Of a stretch of 64,000 nucleotides of DNA, positions 46,956 to 54,226 are shown piece after piece. This DNA is from Anaerolineales bacterium (lineage in GTDB: Bacteria; Chloroflexota; Anaerolineae; Aggregatilineales; J027), in NCBI GenBank assembly GCA_020634155.1, contig JACKCI010000001.1:907768-971767 (forward strand). The letters run 5' to 3'. The notes below the pieces were generated by a model. It made no database searches. It saw only the letters and a list, made by a program, of their open reading frames with translations, and was not told where the DNA came from. How positions within the stretch are numbered: position 1 is the first letter of the stretch; the number at the start of each line of letters is the position of its first letter. Position numbers and translations under genes: made by a program.

Positions 46956-46972
46956 AGAGGCTGTTTGAAAAG
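46956..46972 (+). repeat. IS left terminal inverted repeat (AGAGGCTGTTTGAAAAG)
   Basis: Matches the reverse complement of 47795-47811 at 16/17 positions. Confidence 0.75.
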
Positions 46973-46999
46973 TGGGGTAGGATAAGATAAAGTAAGGGC

Positions 47000-47356
47000 A
47001 TGAACGAGCGAAGAGTATACCCCAGTGATTTGACCGATCGAGAATGGGCGCTATTGGAGCCACACATTCCACCCCCCAAAGCAGGTGGAAGACCGCGCAG
47101 CAGTGACATGCGCGAGATCGTGAATGCCATTTTCTATGTGCTGAAAACGGGCTGTCAATGGCGTTGGCTACCGCATGGCTTTCCGCCAGCCGGGACGGTT
47201 TATCATTACTACAATACATGGCGCAAAGATGGAACATGGCGACGGATCAATGATGCGCTACGGGAAACATTGCGGGAGAAACTGGGTCGTGAAGCCACTC
47301 CGAGTGCGGGGAGCATTGATAGTCAGTCCATCAAAACGACCGAAAAAGGGGGGTAA
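47000..47356 (+). CDS. IS5-family transposase OrfA (N-terminal DNA-binding part)
   Basis: 118 aa; LTDREWALLEPHIPP...GRPR...REIVNAIFYVLKTGCQWRWLP, typical of IS427-group OrfA. Confidence 0.8.
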   Translation: MNERRVYPSDLTDREWALLEPHIPPPKAGGRPRSSDMREIVNAIFYVLKTGCQWRWLPHGFPPAGTVYHYYNTWRKDGTWRRINDALRETLREKLGREATPSAGSIDSQSIKTTEKGG

Positions 47357-47793
47357 GAGGCTATGATGGTGGCAAGCACATCAAAGGTCGCAAGCGCCAT
47401 TTGGTGGTCGATACGGAAGGGTTTGTGTTGCGAGCTTTCGTAACTGAGGCTAACTACCACGATGGTACTGTCGGTACGTGGCTCTTAGATGACTTGAGTA
47501 ATCGCTTTCCGCGTTTAGAAAAGTTATGGGCCGATGGCTCTTATCGTGGCACGTTTGTTGACCATGCTGCTGAACGTGGCATCACGGTTGAGATTACGAC
47601 CCGCTTGAGTGACCAACCCGGCTTTCAAGTCATTGCCCATCGTTGGGTGGTAGAACGCACCTTCGCATGGCTCAATACCTACCGTCGTCTCAGCAAAGAC
47701 TACGAGTATTGGGTCTACGCATCCGATGCCACTATCTACGCCTGTATGAGCCATCTTATGCTTCGCCGTTTGGCTCGTTTGGCTCCCACCTGA
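47350..47793 (+). CDS. IS5-family transposase OrfB (DDE catalytic part), expressed as OrfAB fusion by -1 frameshift
   Basis: The -1 frame relative to OrfA is open from about 47350 (…GVRGYDGGKHIKGRKRHLVVDTEGF…) through the DDE region (…HDGT…WADGSYRG…ERTFAWLNTYRRLSKDYE); the slippery run A5G6 lies at 47343-47353. Confidence 0.75.
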   Translation, partial: GVRGYDGGKHIKGRKRHLVVDTEGFVLRAFVTEANYHDGTVGTWLLDDLSNRFPRLEKLWADGSYRGTFVDHAAERGITVEITTRLSDQPGFQVIAHRWVVERTFAWLNTYRRLSKDYEYWVYASDATIYACMSHLMLRRLARLAPT

Positions 47794-48136
47794 CCTTTTC
47801 AAACGGCCTCTGAATATCAGGCGAGCTAGACTTAGTGGCGGGGGTAGCAGCAGTGCTATCGCCCTTGGCGCTGGTATCGGTGGTCTCGCTCTTAGCGCTG
47901 GTGTCCGTGGCATCACCGCCTTTGGTGGTGCTAGTCACACCCGCGCTGTTCTTGCCCCGGCTGTCGGTCACGTACCAACCAGACCCTTTGAACACCACGC
48001 CAGCAGGTTGAATGACTCGAAAAACCGTCCCCTCTGTCTCACACACGGCACAGGTCGTTAGGGGATCATCATTAAAACTCTGCTTGACCTCAAAGGAATT
48101 ATCACATGCACGACATTGATAGGCATAAACTGGCAT
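47756..48136 (-). CDS. FmdB-family zinc-ribbon protein with IS-altered C-terminus
   Basis: N-terminal MPVYAYQCRACDNSFEV...CAVCETEGTVFRVI zinc ribbon; low-complexity Thr/Ser/Asp tail; the last 17 codons (RPFEKVRWEPNEPNGEA) are encoded by the IS right end. Confidence 0.6.
   Translation of the reverse strand: MPVYAYQCRACDNSFEVKQSFNDDPLTTCAVCETEGTVFRVIQPAGVVFKGSGWYVTDSRGKNSAGVTSTTKGGDATDTSAKSETTDTSAKGDSTAATPATKSSSPDIQRPFEKVRWEPNEPNGEA
47795..47811 (-). repeat. IS right terminal inverted repeat (rc AGAGGCCGTTTGAAAAG)
   Basis: Reverse complement equals the left IR with one T/C mismatch. Confidence 0.75.
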
Positions 48137-48241
48137 CGCTCAAACACTCCCTTTTGCGGTATTTCCGTTAAAAATTCTACAGCGCATTGAGTTCGTATTC
48201 AAGCGATGCTTTGAATTTCTTGTGCAATTCTGATAGTTCTC

Positions 48242-51200
48242 TCATCCACCACCGGGGCGGAAGAAGCTCGGTTGCTCCTCAGCAGGTTGTTGACTACGGC
48301 AGATTTGCCAACTTTCACCCTGCTTAACCACATGCAGAGACGGATAGCCTGACGCGACCACTTCGCTTTGGGTTTCGGTACCGGGTTTGAAAACCATCAC
48401 CCCACCCCAATTAATTGTGCCTGAGTTACCTGCCAACTCGACGCTAATCTCTAGCTCGCGGAAATCCGCACCAAGATAGGGCTGGGCAACAAGGTTTTGG
48501 AAAGCTACAGCATCAATCGGGTAATCGGCTTGGGTTTTGTCTTCCGCACAGAATAACGCATTGTACAAATCAAAGTTGCCCGTTGTCAGAGCCTGCCAAT
48601 AGGCATAGCCTACTTCACGCACAACCCGCACATCAGTGGCATCCGTTTCAGCCGTAGACCCAATCTCGGTTCCATCATCCACATAGAGGGGGTCAGGAAT
48701 AGGGGCCAATCCACCACTAATACCCAAAGGCGGGAAAATGATAATGCGTGAGGTTTGCGGATCAGCCACATACACCTGCCCATCTTTTCCAAAAGCGATA
48801 CCACCGACAGTCTCCATACCTTGCGGGAAGCCATCCGGTGGCACCAGAGGTGTATTAAAGGACAAAACCGCCCCCCCCCGCAGGTCATAGGCCACTACTC
48901 GCGGGCCATTGTTACTTTCACTGGCATCCATATCTGATACCAATATCAATGTGCCATCTGGTGAGATAGACAGATAAGGACGATGCACAGAGTTCCGCGC
49001 ACCTGCCCACATATTGACATCCCAACTCATAACAAACGTACCATCACGGCGGAAGGCCGAGATTTTTTGATTCCACGTCTCGGCAACATAAAGCTCACCA
49101 GTAACCGGATGAATAGCCAACCCAACAGGTTCTGGCTCGGCTTGTAGGCCATTGCCTTGGGCAGTAATGTCGTATAGGTGCTGATAGTTGGCATCATAGA
49201 CACGAATGCGGTGCCCGCCTGTATCAGCTACAAAGATATTGCCTTCGTTATCAACTGCCACATCACGTGGGCCATAGAGGGACATCGGGCCACCATCATC
49301 TGGTGTACCAAAGGTGCCAAAGACCCCCACCATCTCGCCCGTCGGTGAATAGATAACAATACGGTGATTCCATGTATCCGCCACATAGATATTGCCATCA
49401 TGTGGACCAACCGCAATCCCCCAAGGTTCATTGAGGATTTCAGGGCCGCCAAAGACGTCAATGGAAGTGCCATCTGGGGCGAACTTCACAATACGATGAT
49501 TGCCCGTATCAGCAGCATAGACATAACCATCCGTATCAGATGCGAGGTCACGCGGGTTGAGTAACTCGCCGACGCCAAAAGCCGATTGAGCATTAATCTC
49601 TTGATAGACAGTATCTTCAGGATCAGGAATCAAGCGTTGGGCAACGCTCTGCCCACGCAAACCAGCATCCCAGATCTGAACGGCAAAGTCCTTCCGCACA
49701 TACATATACAACTCATCGGACACTGGCCAGCGCTCAATATTGAACTGCGGGTCATTGCGGCAACTATTGGTTATACGTTGCACACAGTTGGGGTCAAGGA
49801 CTCGTTCATCAGGGTCTGTTGAACCTTCGGGCTGGATATAGCACGCGGGCGTTTCACGCTCCACACATAGGGCCGTCGCATAAGAACCATAGTCGCGCTC
49901 CCACCAAATATCCCAAAGAGACTGTCGATAATACTTGGCTGAAGGGTTGACATCATCTGGCTCAAAGATATTGGTGATTCGGTCAGCATTGAGGTTGAAA
50001 TACTCCTGCATCGGCCACCACAAGCGAATCAGATCAAAGCGGTAGTAGTCCTTGCCGAGTATCCGCTCAATCTCCGTATTCTTGCGATTGCCCGCAATGA
50101 CGACCAACGCGCCCTCAATATTGCCTATTTGATTCTTGACATCCTCCCCAGTCCCCCACAGATAACGCTTGTCCGTGAAATCCCGCAAGTACCAGAGCAT
50201 GGGCCAACTGGAGTCATCATCATAGGCGACATGGATGTTCATGCCTTCGGGACTATGGTCAGCAAAATACATTAAGTCAGCCACCACATCCTTAACGGCG
50301 GGGCCAGCATGGGCATACACACCAAATTCGGTAGGATAGTCATAGTTAATGTAGGTAAATAGCCACGCTGCCCGCACCGTCAACATCGCCAGCAGTAAAG
50401 CAAACGCCCCTATGAACAAACGCCGCGCTTGGTCAAAACCGACATCCGCCGTTAAGCGCACACCAAAATACCCAGTGATTGCCAACGCAATAAGAGCCGA
50501 TATCCATCGCCCAGTAGCGTCAAGAGCCATCTGAGTTTGGCCTTGAAAAGGCAGATTATTACCTGTGGCATAGGGTAAGGCCAGTTGCGATAGGGCCACC
50601 AGAAACACAGGAACCACAAACAGCAGCAGTATCCACCCACTGCGTTTAAGCGCATCCCAGCGAATGCGCTCCACTACGCTCCCGATATACCAGCCACCAG
50701 CCAAGGTTAGCGGTAAGGAGAGATGGGTGGTCAACCAAGGCATTTTCTCACCAGCCATCGTCAAGGCCACTAAAATCAGAATGCCCCAGTAGCCAACTAA
50801 GGCCAAGAATGGCAAGCTACCGAGGTATTCATGATCGGTCTCGCTCATCAAGCGGTCTTGTTCAGGGTTATAGGCATAACGCGATACTCTGCCTTCACGC
50901 TGTCCCCATTCAGGCGATACCCACGCAGGACTGTCCTCACTGTCCACATTCGATTCATCTATTAGAACCTCGTCAGCTTCAATCAGAATGGGTTCATCAC
51001 CTACTACGATTTCCTCGCCCTCAGCCTGTTCACTTTGAGCAGCACGTGCTGCGGCAGCATTGAGCATAGCCTGTTGACGGCTACGGTAGCGGAAATCGAA
51101 GAAATGGGAGACTCCGGCAAAGCCCGCAAAAGCCGCCAAAATTGACGGCAAGAACTCATAGACGGGAAGTTGCACGAGTACATAATAGTATTGGGGTTGG

Positions 51201-53059
51201 CTTCCGCGCCGCACATCTTGTTGTTCGAGCCAATAGCCTAGCGACCCAATCAAGCCTGTGCCAATGCCGTTGCCATTGGTAAAAAAGGTTGTGAAAAAGA
51301 CAAGGAACAAGACGCCAAAGGCTGCCGCGGCAATCGGCCAAACTCGCCAATTCCACGCCAAACCCACCGCCGCACTCACCATCAGAAATGGAATCGCAGT
51401 GACAATCGCCGCTTGCACCGTTTCCAGCGGCAATGGTGCTTGGTCAAGGGTATAGCCTGCCCAAAATAAGGGGAAGGCCGCCAGCCAAGGAAAGACCATT
51501 GACCCCATAACAATCAATATGTCAAACGCTGGTTGGCGATTTAGCACATCCCACCAATTGGTGAGCAGCCGTGTAATCAATACACCCGTCACTGCCAGCG
51601 ATAGCACAACCCATGTGAGGAATATCGGGGCATTGTCATGTTCAAGGGTTTGGGAAACATCCTCAGCATTGGGGTCAATCGCTACAGGCCCCGTATTAGT
51701 CTCATCTGAGGGGTGGCTATGACGCTCCAAGACGAGCAAGATGCTCATAAACACAAACGCAATGACGAGCAGCGCCACAATGTCTTGCCATGTCGCCCGC
51801 TTGATAATGCCAATGAGGACAATACTAAAGACAAGGAACCCTAACGGAACAATCGTCCATTCCATAAAGATGTTCAGTTGGTTCTCAGCTAGTTTGGGTA
51901 TAAGCGCATTGGTTACCGGGTCATAAGCTTCAATGAAAATAGTGGCGGGCTTAACAATATCTAAGATGACCATACCCCATAACGCCATCACACTCCCAAC
52001 AATCGCCCCGGCAGCAACCAAGAGCATCGTTGACCGTGTGTTGTAGTAAATCGCGTTGGTGACCATGCGAACCGTGATAGGTAGCCCACCGCGCCGATTA
52101 AAAGCGATACGGATGAGGCCAAAAAACTCGACAATCGCCAACGCAATTAGCACACCATATAGTTGCAGAACGCGGTCTGGCCCTATCTCATGAGAGCCGA
52201 CATGAAAGCCTAAATCGCCAGAAATCAAACCGGAGTCTGTCTTATAGAACTCGTACCACACGCCGCCGATGGTGTATCCAAGTATCCCTACCCCAGCCAA
52301 AATAACTAGGTAGGCCAAAGGATAGAGCCACCAAGGAGGGGTCTCACGGCGTGGCGGTAACACTGCCGTAGCGTCCGCATCAACAGGCTGTCGGAAAGCT
52401 CCCCGCATAATGTCTTGTACCAAGCGCAGGAGCCAATACAGCGTCAAGAAGCTTCCGAAAATCGCCACATACATAAAGGAGACTTCTTTGGAGGCCAACA
52501 TCAACAGGAGCGCTCCGCTGAATACCGGAATCCAAATCGGGCGGCGCGGTTTCTCACCGTCTAGATATTGGAGCGTGGCATACAACATCACCATTGCAAA
52601 GAACATGGAGGGGATGTCGTGGCGAATGTAGCGGCTGTAGTACAAAATCATCGGGGAGATGAGAATGCCCACCGCTGCCAGCACCGCCCCTACCTTGCCC
52701 AACCAGCGCCGAAACAATAGGGGGAACATGACCAACGCCACCCCCAGCAACGCTGGGTAAATCCGCGCACTAAAATCGCTGGGGCCAAACAAGAAATAGA
52801 AGAATGCCGTTGCATGGAACAACAACGGCCCGTGCATCAAGGGGGTGTGGTCAAAACGCCCATATTCGTACAGTTCCCACGAATAATAGGTGTGCAAACT
52901 CTCGTCATGGCTCATCACCCGTAGGCCTAAATCCCAGAAGCGACTCAATACCGCCAAAATCAAAATGGCGGTATAGATGACAGCTTCCCAATTCAGGCTA
53001 TAGACACGGGCTAATACATGGTCGAAAGGCTGTTGACGGGTAGATGTTGTCGTTGCCAT
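48242..53059 (-). CDS. Giant integral membrane protein: N-terminal GT-C/PMT-like polytopic domain (companion family of Chlor_Arch_YYY, TIGR03663-like as I recall), 6-bladed NHL-repeat beta-propeller, then C-terminal about 150-aa domain
   Basis: 1605 aa; the N-terminal 500 aa has 12 or more TM helices with a DE-containing first loop (MSHDESLHTYYSWELYEYGRFDHTPLMHGPLLFH); more TM helices around residues 750-900; six NHL repeats ((Y/I)(V/F)AD(T)xNHRI(V/R)x(F/Y) recurring: YVYAADTGNHRIVKF, IYVADTWNHRIVIY, IFVADTGGHRIRVY, LYVAETWNQKISAF, VYVADPQTSRIIIF). Confidence 0.7.
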   Translation of the reverse strand: MATTTSTRQQPFDHVLARVYSLNWEAVIYTAILILAVLSRFWDLGLRVMSHDESLHTYYSWELYEYGRFDHTPLMHGPLLFHATAFFYFLFGPSDFSARIYPALLGVALVMFPLLFRRWLGKVGAVLAAVGILISPMILYYSRYIRHDIPSMFFAMVMLYATLQYLDGEKPRRPIWIPVFSGALLLMLASKEVSFMYVAIFGSFLTLYWLLRLVQDIMRGAFRQPVDADATAVLPPRRETPPWWLYPLAYLVILAGVGILGYTIGGVWYEFYKTDSGLISGDLGFHVGSHEIGPDRVLQLYGVLIALAIVEFFGLIRIAFNRRGGLPITVRMVTNAIYYNTRSTMLLVAAGAIVGSVMALWGMVILDIVKPATIFIEAYDPVTNALIPKLAENQLNIFMEWTIVPLGFLVFSIVLIGIIKRATWQDIVALLVIAFVFMSILLVLERHSHPSDETNTGPVAIDPNAEDVSQTLEHDNAPIFLTWVVLSLAVTGVLITRLLTNWWDVLNRQPAFDILIVMGSMVFPWLAAFPLFWAGYTLDQAPLPLETVQAAIVTAIPFLMVSAAVGLAWNWRVWPIAAAAFGVLFLVFFTTFFTNGNGIGTGLIGSLGYWLEQQDVRRGSQPQYYYVLVQLPVYEFLPSILAAFAGFAGVSHFFDFRYRSRQQAMLNAAAARAAQSEQAEGEEIVVGDEPILIEADEVLIDESNVDSEDSPAWVSPEWGQREGRVSRYAYNPEQDRLMSETDHEYLGSLPFLALVGYWGILILVALTMAGEKMPWLTTHLSLPLTLAGGWYIGSVVERIRWDALKRSGWILLLFVVPVFLVALSQLALPYATGNNLPFQGQTQMALDATGRWISALIALAITGYFGVRLTADVGFDQARRLFIGAFALLLAMLTVRAAWLFTYINYDYPTEFGVYAHAGPAVKDVVADLMYFADHSPEGMNIHVAYDDDSSWPMLWYLRDFTDKRYLWGTGEDVKNQIGNIEGALVVIAGNRKNTEIERILGKDYYRFDLIRLWWPMQEYFNLNADRITNIFEPDDVNPSAKYYRQSLWDIWWERDYGSYATALCVERETPACYIQPEGSTDPDERVLDPNCVQRITNSCRNDPQFNIERWPVSDELYMYVRKDFAVQIWDAGLRGQSVAQRLIPDPEDTVYQEINAQSAFGVGELLNPRDLASDTDGYVYAADTGNHRIVKFAPDGTSIDVFGGPEILNEPWGIAVGPHDGNIYVADTWNHRIVIYSPTGEMVGVFGTFGTPDDGGPMSLYGPRDVAVDNEGNIFVADTGGHRIRVYDANYQHLYDITAQGNGLQAEPEPVGLAIHPVTGELYVAETWNQKISAFRRDGTFVMSWDVNMWAGARNSVHRPYLSISPDGTLILVSDMDASESNNGPRVVAYDLRGGAVLSFNTPLVPPDGFPQGMETVGGIAFGKDGQVYVADPQTSRIIIFPPLGISGGLAPIPDPLYVDDGTEIGSTAETDATDVRVVREVGYAYWQALTTGNFDLYNALFCAEDKTQADYPIDAVAFQNLVAQPYLGADFRELEISVELAGNSGTINWGGVMVFKPGTETQSEVVASGYPSLHVVKQGESWQICRSQQPAEEQPSFFRPGGG

Positions 53060-53074
53060 ACATGCTCCAAAAAC

Positions 53075-53614
53075 TTAACGGTAACGCGCCTCGCGGCTGG
53101 GTTCAAGGGTAGCACCGGGCATCGGTGCTGGGCTGGCTGACCAGAGGATACTGGTAAGCTCATCGCGCTCGGTGGTTTCATTCGCCACCAACAATACGCT
53201 TTCAGCCTCTAAGGTACTATCTTGCACAACAGCGGTGCTGGTTTGCAGCGGTACATTGTGGGGCCAAGCGCCCGCCGCGTCAACCGCCGAATTGTGCAAA
53301 AAGAACGGTAACAGCACCAATAACACGGCCATGCTTCCCACCAAAATCATGGACTGAAAGTTAGTAGTAAGCAATGGGCGGCGCTTGGGGCGGGTAGCCT
53401 GTTCCAGAATCGACGGTAAAAGCGCCTTCAAACGGTCTGGGGCTGGCTCGCCAAACAGCGGCATCTCCCGCCGCAGTTCGGCCTGTGTCTGGCGAACCGC
53501 CTGATATTCACGTTGCCATGTGGCGGATTGTGCCAGATGGCGGGTAACTTTTACTCGTTGGTCAGGGGCCAATGTCCCCTCAAGATAGGCAATGAGTTGC
53601 TCCCGAATATCCAC
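53075..53614 (-). CDS. Anti-sigma factor (single-pass, small extracytoplasmic domain)
   Basis: 179 aa; N-terminal anti-sigma-like helices (MDIREQLIAYLEGTLAPDQRVKVTRHLAQSATWQREYQAV; no Zn-binding Cys/His); TM helix MILVGSMAVLLVLLPFFL; start 2 nt after the ECF sigma stop. Confidence 0.55.
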   Translation of the reverse strand: MDIREQLIAYLEGTLAPDQRVKVTRHLAQSATWQREYQAVRQTQAELRREMPLFGEPAPDRLKALLPSILEQATRPKRRPLLTTNFQSMILVGSMAVLLVLLPFFLHNSAVDAAGAWPHNVPLQTSTAVVQDSTLEAESVLLVANETTERDELTSILWSASPAPMPGATLEPSREARYR

Positions 53615-53616
53615 AG

Positions 53617-54201
53617 CTAACCAAATACCTCCTCCAACGCTAGTTTGGTTTCATCCATGACTTGTCGTAGAGATTGATGCGCCAGCCGCACCCGTGACTC
53701 GGCGGTTTTGGGTGGGATGTTAAGAATGTCCCCCATTTCTCGGTAGGTCAATCCCTGTCCATAGCGCAATGCGACAGCTTCGCGCAAGCGTGGCGAAAGC
53801 GTCTTGAGGGCTTCCCCCAACGCACGCTGGGCGTCTCGGCGGATGGTTGTCCGTTCTGGATTTTCGTCATCCGGCGCGGCAGGGTCTAGCCCATTCGCCA
53901 ATAAATCACTGAGTGCCACCATCGGCAACAGTTTGCGGCGGCGGGCATTGCGACAGCGGCTAATCGTGATGGTATATAGCCATGTACGGAATGCGCCCCG
54001 CTCTGGGTCATAGCGGGACAGGTTGCGAAACACGTACACAAAGACTTCTTGCACTACGTCTTCAGCATCTTGCTGATGCAACAACACACTATAGGCCAAA
54101 CGATAGACTTCTTTGGCATAGAGGTCATATAATGCAGTGCAGGCGCTTTGGTCGCCCATTAAACTACGCTGCAAAAGGTCAGAAAAAATTGGGTCGCTCA
54201 T
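53617..54201 (-). CDS. ECF-type RNA polymerase sigma-70 factor
   Basis: Start at internal Met (cat 54199-54201, MSDPIFSDLL), giving 194 aa; sigma-70 region 2 (YRLAYSVLLHQQDAEDVVQEVFVYVFRNLSRYDPERGAFRTWLYTI) and region 4 (LRYGQGLTYREMGDILNIPPKTAESRV). Confidence 0.8.
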   Translation of the reverse strand: MSDPIFSDLLQRSLMGDQSACTALYDLYAKEVYRLAYSVLLHQQDAEDVVQEVFVYVFRNLSRYDPERGAFRTWLYTITISRCRNARRRKLLPMVALSDLLANGLDPAAPDDENPERTTIRRDAQRALGEALKTLSPRLREAVALRYGQGLTYREMGDILNIPPKTAESRVRLAHQSLRQVMDETKLALEEVFG

Positions 54202-54226
54202 GTTAAACACTACACCCTTGCCTCGC

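Larger units (their letters stand above)
46957..47810 (+). mobile_element. IS5-family insertion sequence (IS427/IS1031-like group), apparently intact, 854 bp
   Basis: Two overlapping transposase ORFs (DUF4096-like OrfA plus DDE OrfB) with a -1 frameshift site; 16/17 imperfect terminal inverted repeats AGAGGC(T/C)GTTTGAAAAG; flanking TGA direct repeat (46954-46956 and 47811-47813). Confidence 0.8.

Noticed and set aside
47830-47960. Tandemly repetitive nucleotide stretch suggestive of a mini-satellite/CRISPR-like repeat
   Set aside because: It encodes the low-complexity (D/T/S/A/K)-rich tail of the FmdB-like protein (…DATDTSAKSETTDTSAKGDSTAATPATKS…). The repeats are imperfect and in-frame; there are no spacer-repeat regularity and no cas genes.
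48242-53059. Possibility that the 1605-aa ORF is an artefactual fusion of two genes
   Set aside because: There is no stop or frame change across 4.8 kb. Domain order (TM transferase, then TM bundle, then extracellular propeller) is topologically sensible. It is kept as one gene pending read-level verification.
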